A stretch of DNA of 64,000 bases, taken from contig CM059431.1 in NCBI GenBank assembly GCA_030390025.1, forward strand, positions 147,934,001 through 147,998,000, read 5' to 3'. Origin of the DNA: Squalus acanthias. Taxonomy: Eukaryota. The notes beneath the pieces were generated by a model. It saw only the letters and a program-made list of their open reading frames with translations, had not been told where the DNA came from and did no database searches. A program made the position numbers and the translations under genes. Positions 39,475 through 51,953 of the stretch are shown here, piece after piece. Within the stretch, counting starts at the first letter, position 1. Each line of letters opens with the position of its first letter.

Positions 39475-42400
39475 TGGTGTATAAGAACATAAGAACATAA
39501 GAAATAGGAGCAGGAATAGGCCACTTGGCCCCTCGAGCCTGCTCCGACATTGAATAAGATCATGGCTGATCTCGGGCTCAAAGCCACTTCCCAGCCCGCT
39601 CCCCATAATCCTTCACTCCCTTATCTTGCAATGCAAAACTGTGTCTATCTCCACTTTAAATGTATTTAATGACCCAGCGTCCAAGGCCCTCTGGGGCAGA
39701 GAATTGCACAGATTTACGAGCCTCTGAGAGAAGAAGTTCCTCCTCATCTCAGTTCTAAAAGGGCGACCCTTTATTCTGAGACCGTGTCCCCGAATGCTAG
39801 ATTCTCCCCTGAGGGGAAAAATCCTCGCTGCATCTACCCTTTCGAGACAACTCACAATCTCAAATATTTCGATAAGGTCACCTCTCATTCTTCTAAATTC
39901 CAAAGTGTATAGGCCCAGACCGCTCAATCTTTCCTCATAAGTCAAACCCCTCAGCTCTGGAATTAACCTAGTGAATCGTTTCTTGAACTGCCTGCAATGC
40001 AACTATACCCCTACTTAAATAAGGAGACCAAAACTGTTCACATTTCTCAATGTGTGGTCTCACCAATACCTTGTACAGTTGTAGCAGGACTTCCCTACTT
40101 TTATACTCCAACCCCCTTGAAATAAAGGACAACATTCCATTTGCCTTTTTGATTACTTGCTGTACCTGCATGCTAACTTTTTGTGTTTCATGCACAAGGA
40201 CACCCAGGTCCCGTTGAAATGTAGCATTTTGTAATCTCCCTCCATTTAAATAATAATTTGCTTTTTATTTTTCCTGGCCAAGTTGATAACCTCGCACTTT
40301 CCCACATTATACTCCATCTGCCAAATGTTTGCCCACTCACCAATCCTCTTTATATCCCTTTGCAGATTCCTTGAATCCTCTGCACAACTTGCTTTCCCAT
40401 CCATCTTTTTATCATCTGCAAATTTGGCTACATTACACTCGATCACTTCATCCAAGTCATTAATGTAGATTGTAAATAGTTGGGGCCGCAGCACCCATCC
40501 TTGTGGCACCCCACTAGTTACCGTTTGCAAACCAGAAAATGACCCATTTATCCCCACTCCCTGCTTTCTGTTAGTTAGCCAATTCTCTATCCATGCTAAT
40601 ATATTACCCCAACTCCGTGACCTCTCATCTTATGCAGAAAACTCTTTTATGTGACACCTTATCGAATGCCTTCTGGAAATCCAAATACACCACATCCACT
40701 TTCTCATCCTTGTCCACCCTGCTTGTTACATCCTCAAAGAACTCCAGCAAATTTGTTAAACTTGATTTCCTTTTCCTAAAACCATGCTGACTCAGTTTGA
40801 CTGCAGTATGTTTTTCTAAATGTCCTGCTACTGCTTCCTTAATGAAGGACTCCAGCATTTTCCCAACGCCAGATGTTAGGCTAACTGGTCTATAGTTTCC
40901 TGCTTTCTGTTTCCCTCCTACATTAAATAGGGATGCAGGCCATCTGGTCCAGGGGACTTGTCGTCTTTTATGCCCATTATTTTACTGAGTGTGATCGTGA
41001 TTTTCTTCAGTTTCCCACTCCCTGTGGCCCCTTGATTATTCATTATTTGGATGTTGTTAGTGTCTTCCACAGTGAAGACAGATGCAAAATATTTGTTCAG
41101 AGTCTCAGCCATTTCCCCGTTCCCCATTATTAATTCCCCAGTCTCATCCTCTAAGGGACCATCGTTTACTTGAGCTACCCTCTTCCTTTTTATATTCCTG
41201 TGGAAGTTCGTACTATCTGTTTTAATGGTTCTTGCCAGCTTACTCTCATAATTCTTCTTCTCTCTCTTTCTTTTTTTTTTCGTCAACCTCTGCTGGTTTT
41301 TAAAAAATTCCCAATGCTCTGGTCTCCCACTAATCTTGGCAACATTGTATGCCTTCGTTTTCCATTTGAAACCATCATTTACTTCCTTAGTTAGCCACGG
41401 ATGGTGCTCCCTTCTCTTAAAATCTTTCTTTCTCCTTGGAATATATTTTTCTTGAGAGTTATGAAATATCTCCTTAAATGTCTGCCACTGCATTTCAACT
41501 TTCTTACCCTGTAATTTGTTTTTCCAGTCCACTTTAGCCAGTTCTGCCCTCATGCCATTATAATTGCCTTTGTTTAAGATCAGGACACTGTTTTGGGAGA
41601 CAACTTTCTCACCCTCCAACTGAATTTGAAATTCAACCATACTATGATCACTCTTTCCTAGATGATCCTTTACTATGAGATCATTTATAAATTCTGTCTC
41701 ATTGCATAGTACCAGATCCAATATAGCTTGTTCCCTGTTTGGTTCCATTACATACTGTTCTAGGGAAACATCCCGGATGCACTCTATGAACTCCTCCTCC
41801 AGGCTACCATGGCCATTTTGATGTGTCCAATCAATATGGAGATTAAAATCACCCATGATTATTACCGTACCACTTTTTTACAGGCCTCCATTATTTGTTG
41901 ATTTATACTCTGTCCAACAGCATTGCTACTGTTCGGGGGCCTTCAGACTACGCCGCCCCAGAGACTTTTACCCCTTATTATTTTTTACCTCCACCCAAAC
42001 CGATTCTACATCTTGATCTACTGAGCCAATATCACTTCTCACCACTGCACTGATCCCATCTTTTACCAACAAAACCACCCCACCTCCCTTTCCTTTCATT
42101 CTATCCTTCCGAATTATCATATACCCTGGGAATATTCAGTTCCCAGCCCTGGTGGCCTTGCAACCACGTCTGTGTAATAGCAATCAGATCATACCGATTT
42201 GTATCTATTTGTGCCGTCAACTCATTTATCTTGTTACGAATGCTGCGTGCAATCAGATATAAAGCTTTTGGGGGAAAAATTCACTTGGTTGCGCCACCCG
42301 TTAGCGCCTTAAGAGGGCGCTAATAGGGCGTTAAGGCGCTAACGCCCGGGCGCAGCGCTGTTTGCGCCGCTCGAGAACTTAACTTGAGATTGTGCGGCGG

Positions 42401-42782
42401 CGCTGAAACTTACCGCTGCGACCACCTGCGCGCGCAGATTGTGAAGTCATTCCATGGTGCAACGCCCTTGGGGCGCCCCGGAGCAGAAATTGAGTGGCGC
42501 CCCCTGCCTTACCGCCTGGCGCGTCCAACGACCGGAAGACTGGAACGTTATCAATCGGTGTGGGGCTGGGGGGGGGCGCTATTTAAAGGGGGCCTCTTCC
42601 TGTCTTTTTCTGTGGTCGACATTTATGCACCACTCGTTCTGAGAGAGAGAGAGAGATTCGGAGAGAGAGAGCGAGAGACTTCTACATTGACTCAACGCTT
42701 TGTGAGGTAGTTTGGCCTAGTTCATCCTAACTTTGCTGCTACTTTAGTTGCTGTACCTCATTACTTTTCTGGCAAAGAGAAT

Positions 42783-43943
42783 ATGGGGGCTGCAATGATT
42801 GGGGGCGTCGTCCTGCTCCAGCTCAATCGGAGGATAGTGAGACACAGACAGAGAGTGGCAATGATGGCCAGACGGAGGAGGTCCATCAGGCGCATGTACA
42901 GGAGAGCTTACCCTCCCAGGGTATATCGTGAACAGCTCTCCTACATCCATATGTCCGAGGAGCTGTGTTTGCGAAGGCTGCGATTCAGCAAGGAGGTGGT
43001 CACTGAGCTCTGCCACCTGCTGCAGCCAGATCTGCAGCCTCAGCTGAGGTCCAGGACGTCTCTGTCGGTGGCAGTGAAGGTCACAGTGGCTTTGAACTTC
43101 TACGCCACTGGCTCATTCCAAGCTGCTGTTGGGGACCTCGCCAATATCTCCCAGTTTGCGGTGCATCGCTGCATCCGGCAGGTCACCAATGCCCTCTTCA
43201 CAAGGAGACGAGACTTCATCTCCTTCCCTATGACCCCAGACAAGCAGCATGACCGTGCTATGGGCTTTGCGAGGGTAGCGGGCTTCCCCATGGTGCAGGG
43301 CGCCATTGACTGCACGCATGTGGCTTTGCGTGCTCCGCGAGAGAATGCAGAGGAGTTCCGGAACAGAAAGGGGTTCCATTCCTTGAATGTGCAGTTGGTC
43401 TGTGACCACAGACAGGTGATTCTCGCTGTCAATGCCCACTATCCGGGCAGCTGCCACCATGCTTTCATCCTGCACCAGAGTACTGTGGCAGAAATTTTCG
43501 AGGCACCGCATCAGCCAGTTGGTTGGCTTCTGGGGGACAAGGGGTACGCACTGAGCACCTGGCTGATGACACCGCTCCGTGCGCCAAACACACCTGTTGA
43601 GCTGCGGTAGCAGGAAAGCCAACAAGCAACCAGGAACATTATTGAGCGTACAATCGGCGTGCTCAAACAACGATTCCGCTGTCTGGACCATTCCGGAGGA
43701 GCCCTGCAGTACTCGCCTGAGCAAGTTTCGAAATTCGTAGTCGTGTGCTGCATGTTGCACAACATGGCAATCCTCAGGACGCAGCCAATGCCACCAGGCC
43801 TTGCAGCACCACAAGAGGAGGAGGAGGAAGAGGAGGAACAGGACGAGGACGATGAACAGCAGCAGCAGCAAGGCAGGAGGGCGGCCCACAATGGTCAAAC
43901 TGCAAGGGCCGTCCGTCAACGACTAATAGCAAGCCGCTTCTAG
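42783..43943 (+). pseudogene. Harbinger (HARBI1-family) DDE transposase, premature TAG at 43608-43610
   Basis: GAIDCTH, NRKGFHSLNVQ, GDKGY, IERTIGVLKQRFRCL. Copy 2 has TAC at the stop codon. GSCHHA replaces the conserved GSxHDA. Confidence 0.92.
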
Positions 43944-44238
43944 GGCCCCTGCCATTGCTACAAACACGAATCAACCCAGCACGCAACCTCTAAGCCGGCC
44001 AAGGCACCAATAATTCCAACCACCAGCCATGTATATTTTGAATGCAGAAACTTATTTATTGTACAAACTCTGGGTGTGTCAATTCCTCATGACAAACTCA
44101 TAGAAATAAACACAAAAAAAACAGTCAATAACATAACTGGTTCTCACAACCTGGAGATAATGTCCAAAACACTAAACAAAAGTTGGGCCATGAACCTCGG
44201 CCTTTAATAAAAAAATGACCAGCATTTTGGCACACCTC

Positions 44239-46115
44239 CTACATTTTGCCCTTCGAGGGTGATCTCCTTCCCTTGCGCACTTCCCCCCTTCTAACCCTAC
44301 TGCTCCTCCGTAATGGGACCTCAGTGGCTGCAGCAAGGCTGATGGAAGGCTGCTGCTCGTCAGACCCTGACACTGCAGATGCCCCTGAAGGACGGCCTCG
44401 ACCACTTCTGGGCCTGGAGGGCCCGGCTGCAGACTGCACCAACTCTGCATGGGCGGCAGCAGTCTGTCCTACAGGCGGTGGCAAGTGCAGTCGAGAAGTG
44501 ACAGTGTTGGCAGCAGGAATGCTGTCATCGTGAGAGAGGACAGCAACTCCCTGCTCACCCGACACACTGGCACTCCCACGGGGCAGCACTTCAGCATCCG
44601 GAGCAATTTGCCGGAGAACAGATTGCTGGCCTGCTGCGGCGCGGTGACAGCCCCGGGGACATGTGCACGAACCATCGAGGATGGCAGCAGTCAGTGCTCG
44701 CGTGGCCTCAATCTGAGTCTGCATGAGAGCAGTCTCAGATGGGTTCCTGGCAGCCAGTGACTGAATTGCAGCACGAAGCTTTAGTGTGGCATCCGCCTGT
44801 GCTACAGCGAAGTGCTCCACACTCCTTGCCAGTGCCTCAATGCATTCGGGCACCCTTCCCACTGCACCCATGAGCTCAGTGTGCATGCCCACCGCCTGGC
44901 TGTTCATTTCTGCAATCAGCCGCTCCCCCTCTGCGTCCATTGCAGTAGGAGTGTCTGGCATACTCTCCCTCTGGGGAGAAGGCTCCCGTTCTTCCCTCCC
45001 CCCGCCATGGCGTTGCTGCAGCCCGCTGGGTCCTGGAGCTTCACCATCATCAGCCCCTTCCCCCCTGCTCCCCTCCGGGGAAGGCGTGTTCCCAGTGTGG
45101 CCATGGGCTTCCTCGGGAGAGGGTGGCACTGATGCTCCGGCTTCCTCTTCCTCCTCAGCTGCAGCATCACTCCCAGTGGCAGCTTCAGGGACCATCTCCT
45201 CAGCTGGTGAATCACCATCTGAAAGCAGGGAGGTACAAGAGTGGCTTTAGCGTGAGGACAGGGTGGCAGTAAGGGAGGAATAAGTGCAGCGAGTTAGCAA
45301 GTTGGATTGAAAGTGTCAAAGGCTGGTATTGTGAGGGACAAGTGGAAGCACAGAGGACAAAAAGGTGATGACCTTACCATTGCTGTCCACAACGGGGTCG
45401 GCGTCCCCAGTGGCGACGGGTCCGATCACCCAGCTTGCCACAATCCTGTGGACGCGCTCCTCCAGATCGCTGAGGGGTTGCAGCTGAAGCCGCCCTCCAC
45501 CCGTCCGTTGCTGCTGTCTCCGATTATGAGCCAGCTTAGCCTGCAAGAAAAAGGACAGCATCTGAGTAAATATACAGCCATGGTCTTGCCTGATGTGCCT
45601 CCCATAGGTGAATAGCCCTTACAATATGCAGCCATGGTCTTGCCTGATGTGCCTCCCATAGGTGAATAACCCTTACAATATGCAGCCATGGTCTTGCCTG
45701 ATGTGCCTCCCATAGGTGAATAGCCCTTACTGTATGCAAAGTGTGGAATGTGTGTGTGTGTTTGATGAAAGGGCCATAGGTGTTGCATGAGTGTTGTGCA
45801 TTGGGGTTTTAAGACCCTCTGGCCATATAGTGAGGTTGAGATGGAGGGATGGACAGGTATTGAGAAAAAGCCACTCACCCTGACGACCCGAGTGAGGTCG
45901 TTGAACTTTTTGCGGCACTGAACATGGGTCCTGGGCACCATGCTCCTGGAGGAGATGCTCTGAGCCACCTCCCTCCACACTCTTCTGAACTCGCGTGGCA
46001 AAGGCCTCCTGCCACTCTCCGGGAACAGCATGCATCGTCTGCGCTCCACTGCGCCAACCAGAGCATCCAAGGCCCGCTCGGTGAAGCGATGAGCGCGTTC
46101 TCTCACCCTCTCCAT
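44239..46115 (-). CDS. Harbinger Myb/SANT-like DNA-binding partner, 3 exons (46115-45879, 45540-45378, 45218-44239), 459 aa
   Basis: RF..RALDAL...VWREVAQ...QCRKKFNDL trihelix motif, then RTGGG; canonical GT-AG introns with phases 0 and 1 give an uninterrupted frame. Confidence 0.85.
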
Positions 46116-47569
46116 GCTTGTCAGCAAAATGGATTACAGGTCTCTCCAGGCTGAGATTCAAGGCTGCAATGAGCAGGGTGTGGCTGGGGAGCAAGTGCCC
46201 CCCCCCCTCCCCCCCCGCTTTAAGAAGTGTCCGGCGCCAGTGTGTCTGTGTTCCCTCGCTAACTGGCAGCAGCTGCGCTGCGCTCGTGCGCTGAGGTAGC
46301 GCCTCACTTCTAGGCCTTTGCGCCTTAAGAGAGGTGTGCAGCGCCTAATTTAGCACTCCACTCACCTCCCGGGGCGGTAAAAGTGAAGTTTCCTGTCAGT
46401 GCCTATAATTAGCGCCAGGCGCTAATATTTGCGCTCGGACGATATTTGCGCCCCAAATGGGGCGCGACCTAATTTCTACCCTTTTATCTTTGTATTTTTA
46501 CGATTTTTCCTTGTTTTGGTCTTTTTTTCTGTTACACTCTTATTTTTAATGATTCAGTCCCTTCCTGTCATACTCTGGTTATTATTTCACCCGTCTCCAG
46601 CCTGCTCTATTGCTTTCTCATTTATCATTGACTTTTAATTTTCCTGCTTATCTGGATCCTCCCCCCCCCCCACTTTTTACTTTAAAGCCCTCTCTACAGC
46701 CTTAGTTATTCCATTTGCCAGGACTCTAGCCTCAGCATAATGCAAGTGCAGCCCTTCGAAACGGAATAGTTCCCTCTTATCCGAGTACTGGTGCAAGCGC
46801 CCCACAAATCGAAACCCATTTCTCCCACACCAGTCTTTGAGCCACCCGTTCATTTATCTGATCTTATTTACCCGATGCAAATTCGCTCGTGGCTCAGGTA
46901 GTAATCCAGATATATTACATTTGTGGTTATGCTTTTTAATTTAACCCCTCGCGAGACATACTCTCTCAGCAGAACCTCTTTCTTTGTCCAACCTATGTCA
47001 TTGGTACCTCCGTGGACCATGACAACTGGATCTTCCCCCTCCCACTCCAAGTTTCTCTCCAGCCCAGAGGAGATGTCATAAACTTGGTTATGATGTTTTA
47101 TGAATGGTCATAATGATTTTTTAAGGGTTATGATGTTTTATTAATGGTCATAATGATTTATAAAGGATTGTAATGAAATATTAGTAGTCATTATGAGTTA
47201 GAAAGGTTTATTGGGGTAGAAATTAGGTCGCGCCCCATTTGGGGCGCAAATATCGTCCGGACGCAAATATTAGCGCCTGGCGCTAATTATCGGCACTGAC
47301 AGGAAACTTCACTTTTACCGCCCCGGGAGGTGAGTGGAGCGCTAAATTAGGCACTGCACACCTCTCTTAAGGCGCAAAGGCCAAGGAGTGAGGCGCTAAC
47401 TCAGCGCACGAGCGCAGCGCAGCTGCTGCCAGTTAGCGAGGGAACACAGACACAATGGCGCCGGACACTTCTTAAAGCGGGGGGGGGCACTTGCTCCCCA
47501 GCCACACCCTGCTCATTGCAGCCTTGAATCTCAGCCTGGAGAGACCTGTAATCCATTTTGCTGCCAAGC

Positions 47570-49398
47570 ATGGAGAGGGTGAGAGAACGCGCTCATCGCT
47601 TCTCCGAGCGGGCCTTGGATGCTCTGGTTGGTGCAGTGGAGCGCAGACGATGCATGCTGTTCCCGGAGAGTGGCAGGAGGCCTTTGCCACGCGAGTTCAG
47701 AAGAGTGTGGAGGGAGGTGGCTCAGAGCGTCTCCTCCAGGAGCATGGTGCCCTGGACCCATGTTCAATGCCGCAAAAAGTTCAACGACCTCACTCGGGTC
47801 GTCAGGGTGAGTGGCTTTTTCTCAATACCTCTCCATCCCTCCATCTCAACCTCACTCTATGGCCAGAGGGTCTTAAAACCCCAATGCACAAAACTCATCC
47901 AACACCTATGGACCTTTCATCAAACACACACACACATTCCACACTTTGCATACAGTAAGGGCTATTCACCTATGGGAGGCACATCAGGCAAGACCATGGC
48001 TGTATACAGTAAGGGCTATTCACCTATGGGAGGCACATCAGGCAAGACCATGGCTGTATATTTACTCAGATGCTGTCCTTTTTCTTGCAGGCTAAGCTGG
48101 CTCATAATCGGAGACAGCAGCAACGGACGGGTGGAGGGCGGCTTCAGCTGCAACCCCTCAGCGATCTGGAGGAGCGCGTCCACAGGATTGTGGCAAGCCG
48201 GGTGATCGGTCCCGTCGCCACTGGAGACGCCGACCCCGTTGTGGACAGCAATGGTAAGGTCATCACCTTTTTGTCCTCTGTCCTTCCACTTGTCCCTCAC
48301 AATACCAGCCTTTGACACTTTCAATCCAACTTGCTAACTCGCTGCACTTATTCCTCCCTTACTGCCACCCTGTCCTCACGCTAAAGCCACTCTTGTACCT
48401 CCCTGCTTTCAGATGGTGATTCACCAGCTGAGGAGACGGGCCCTGAAGCTGCCACTGGGAGTGATGCTGCAGCTGAGGAGGAAGAGGAAGCCGGAGCATC
48501 AGTGCCACCCTCTCCCGAGGAAGCCAATGCCCACACTGGGAACACGCCTTCCCCGGAGGGGAGCAGGGGGGAAGGGGCTGATGATGGTGAAGCTCCAGGA
48601 CCCAGCGGGCTGCAGCGACGCCATGGGGGGGCGGGGGGTAGGGAAGAACGGGGGCCTTCTCCCCAGAGGGAGAGTATGCCAGACACTCCTATTGCAATGG
48701 ACGCAGAGGAGGAGCGGCTGATTGCAGAAATGAACAGCCAGGCGGTGGGCATGCACACTGAGCTCATGGGTGCAGTGGGAAGGGTGCCCGAATGCATTGA
48801 ATCACTGGCAAGGAGTGTGGAGCACTTCGCTGTAGCACAGGCGGATGCCACACTAAAGCTTAGTGCTGCAATTCAGTCACTGGCTGCCAGGAACCCATCT
48901 GAGACTGCTCTCATGCAGACTCAGATTGAGGCCACGCGAGCACTGACTGCTGCCATCCTCGATGGTTCGTGCACATGTCCCCGGGGCTGTCACCACGCCG
49001 CAGCAGGCCAGCAATCTGTTCTCCGGCAAATTGCTCCGGATGCTGAAGTGCTGCCCCGTGGGAGTGCCAGTGTGTCGGGCGAGCAGGGAGTTGCTGTCCT
49101 CTCTCACGATGACAGCATTCCTGCTGCCAACACTGTCACTTCTCCACTGCACTTGCCACCGCCTGTAGGACAGACTGCTGCCGCCCATGCAGAGTTGGTG
49201 CAGTCTGCAGCCGGGCCCTCCAGGCCCAGAAGTGGTCGAGGCCGTCCTTCAGGGGCATCTGTAGTGTCAGGGTCTGACGAGCAGCAGCCTTCCACCAGCC
49301 TTGCTGCAGCCAATGAGGTCCCATTACGGAGGAGCAGTAGGGTTAGAAGGGGGGAACTGCGCAAGGGAAGGAGATCACCCTCGAAGGGCAAAAAGTAG
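47570..49398 (+). CDS. Harbinger Myb/SANT-like partner, 3 exons (47570-47806, 48091-48253, 48413-49398), 461 aa
   Basis: Donors agg|gtgagt and atg|gtaag; acceptors ttcttgcag| and ctttcag|; frame open to TAG 49396-49398. Confidence 0.85.
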
Positions 49399-49692
49399 GA
49401 GGTGTGCCAAAATGCTGGTCATTTTTTTATTAAAGGCCGAGGTTCATGGTCCAACTTTTGTTTAGTGTTTTGGACATTATCTCCAGGTTGTGAGAACCAG
49501 TTATGTTATTGACTGTTTTTTTGTGTTTATTTCTATGAGTTTGTCATGAGGAATTGACACACACAGAGTTTGTACAATAAATAAGTTTCTGGATTCAAAA
49601 TATACATGGCTGGTGGTTGGAATTATTGGTGCCTTGGCCGGCTTAGGGGTTGCGTGCTGGGTTGATTCGTGTTTGTAGCAATGGCAGGGGCC

Positions 49693-50853
49693 CTAGAAGC
49701 GGCTTGCTATTAGTCGTTGACGGACGGCCCTTGCAGTTTGACCATTGTGGGCCGCCCTCCTGCCTTGGTGCTGCTGATGATCATCGTCCTCGTCCTCTTC
49801 CTCCTCTTCCTCCTCCTCCTCTGGTGGTGCTACAAGGCCTGGTGGCATTGGCTGGGTCCTGAGGATTGCCATGTTGTGCAACATGCAGCACACGACTACG
49901 AAGTTCGAAACTTACTCAGGCGAGTACTGCAGGGCTCCTCCGGAATGGTCCAGACAGCGGAACCGTTGTTTCAGCACGCCGATTGTGCGCTCAATAATGT
50001 TCCTGGTTGCTTGATGGCTTTCATTGTACCGCAGCTCAGCAGGGGTGTTTGGCGTATGGAGCGGTGTCATCAGCCAGGTGCTCAATGCGTACCCCTTGTC
50101 CCCCAGAAGCCAACCAACTGGCTGATGCGGTGCCTCGAAAACTTCTGCCACAGTAGTCTGGCGCAGGATGAAAGCATCGTGGCAGCTGCCCGGATAGTGG
50201 GCATTGACAGCGAGTATCACCTGTCTGTGGTCACAGACCAACTGCACATTCAAGGAATGGAATCCCTTCCTGTTCCTGAATTCCTCTGCATTCTCTCGCG
50301 GAGCACGCAAAGCCACATGCGTGCAGTCAATGGCGCCCTGCACCATGGGGAAGCCCGCTACCCTCGCAAAGCCCAGAGCACGGTCACGCTGCTTGTCTGG
50401 GGTCATAGGGAAAGAGATGAAGTCTCGTCTCCTTCTGAAGAGGGCATTGGTGACCTGCCGGATGCAGCGATGCACCGCAAACTGGGAGATATTGGCGAGG
50501 TCCCCAACAGCAGCTTGGAATGAGCCAGTGGCGTAGAAGTTCAAAGCCACTGTGACCTTCACTTCCACCAACAGAGACGTCCTGGACCTCAGCTGAGGCT
50601 GCAGATCTGGCTGCAGCAGGTGGCAGAGCTCAGTGACCACCTCCTTGCTGAATCGCAGCCTTCGCAAACACAGCTCCTCGGACATATGGATGTAGGAGAG
50701 CTGTTCACGATGTACCCTGGGAGGGTAAGCTCTCCTGTACATGCACCTGATGGCCCTCCTCCGTCTGGCCATCATTGCCACTCTCTGTCTGTGTCTCTGT
50801 ATCCTCCGATTCAGCTGGAGCAGGACGACGCCCCCAATCATTGCAGCCCCCAT
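49693..50853 (-). pseudogene. Harbinger DDE transposase, premature TAA at 49912-49914
   Basis: IDCTH, GSCHDA, GDKGY and IER acidic residues all present. CAA in copy 1 is TAA here, removing the C-terminal ~73 aa including CCMLHN. Confidence 0.92.
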
Positions 50854-51467
50854 ATTCTCTTTGCCAGAAAAGTAATGAGGTACAGCAACTAAAGTAGCAA
50901 CAAAGTTAGGATGAATAGGCAAAACTACCTCACAAAGCGTTGAGTCAATGTAGAAGTCTCTCTCTATCTCTCTCCGAATCTCTCTCTCTCTCTCAGAACG
51001 AGTGGTGCATAAATGTCGACCACAGAAAAAGACAGGAAGAGGCCCCCTTTAAATAGCGCCCCCCCCAGCCCCACACCGATTGATAACGTTCCAGTCTTCC
51101 GGTCGTTGGAAGCGCCAGGCGGTAAGGCAGGGGGCGCCACTCAATTTCCGCTCCGGGGCGCCCCAAGGGCGTTGCGCCATGGAATGACGTCACAATCTGC
51201 GCGCGCAGGTGGTCGCAGCGGTAAGTTTTAGCGCCGCCGCACAATCTCAAGTTAAGTTCTCGAGCGGCGCAAACAGCGCTGCGCCCGGGCGTTAGCGGCT
51301 TAACGCCCCATTAGCGCCCTCTTAATGCGCTAACGGGAGGCGCAACCAAGTGAATTTTTACCCCATAATGTTTTTTTAATGGTCTTAATTATTTACAAAA
51401 GTTTATGATTTTTAGTTAATAGCCATAATGATTTATAAAGGGTTATGTTGTTTTGTTAATGGTCATT

Positions 51468-51953
51468 AATGCTCGCCCTCGCCGCCCGCCCTATTCTCAG
51501 GGTAACCAGGCCTCCCGCTGCTGCCGCCCTCTGGACTCTGGCCTTCCTCCGTCACTCCGAGGCCTCGCTTCTGGGAAAGGGGGAACCTCAATGGTGACAA
51601 TCGACCCAGGGGGAAGCCCCCGATAGAGAGAGAGAGAGAGAGCGACAGACGCCATCTTTGAGCGGGGCGCCATTGCCGCCATCTTTGAACAGGGCCGGTC
51701 CCGCGTTTTTGCTCATTGAGCGGCGCCGCCATCTTTTTCTAGGGCAGGGCTGCCGCCATCTTAGTGCGGGCAGGAGTTGCGCAACGTTAGGAGGCGCGTT
51801 TGGTGTCGGCCATCTTTGTCTCGGGCACTGCTGCCTTTCCAGAGGGGCCTGACAGATGGACGCGCCACTGACAGGGTGGCCAGTGGAGACAGTGTGTGAG
51901 TGAGCGTGTTAATGTCCCCAGATCACTGGCGGCTCACTCAAAATATCAGGCCC
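51468..51953. mobile_element. GC-rich fragment of a probable non-autonomous DNA element
   Basis: Repeated gccatctt motifs; terminus aaaatatcaggccc resembles the other MITE ends. Confidence 0.35.

Larger units (their letters stand above)
42270..46482 (+). mobile_element. PIF/Harbinger DNA transposon, copy 1 (4213 bp)
   Basis: TIRs GGGGGAAAAATT / AATTTCTACCCT, 3-bp TSD TTT/TTT, convergent transposase and Myb/SANT genes, subterminal ttagcgcc repeats. Confidence 0.95.
39480..47085 (-). mobile_element. CR1 LINE (ORF1 3' part + ORF2), split by Harbinger copy 1
   Basis: (taagaaca)n tail at 39481-39502; RT and endonuclease motifs in 39613-42269; sequence resumes at 46483 into ORF1 (DPVVMVHGGTND). 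Confidence 0.9.
47213..51364 (-). mobile_element. PIF/Harbinger DNA transposon, copy 2 (4152 bp), inverted relative to copy 1
   Basis: TIRs GGGGTAGAAATT / AATTTTTACCCC; near-identical reverse complement of 42270-46482; flanks ATT/ATA inside the AT-rich repeat. Confidence 0.95.

Noticed and set aside
43113..43919. 268-aa antisense ORF (mirrored at 49717-50523)
   Set aside because: Shadow frame of the GC-rich transposase; its presence in both copies reflects their recent common origin.
42783..43943. Host HARBI1 gene
   Set aside because: Lies within TIR/TSD-bounded multicopy elements with a Myb partner and has stops; it is a transposon gene, not the domesticated ortholog.
42270..51364. Fold-back assembly artefact
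   Set aside because: The arms differ by substitutions, indels and VNTR count, the symmetry stops exactly at the TIRs, and the flanks are unrelated.
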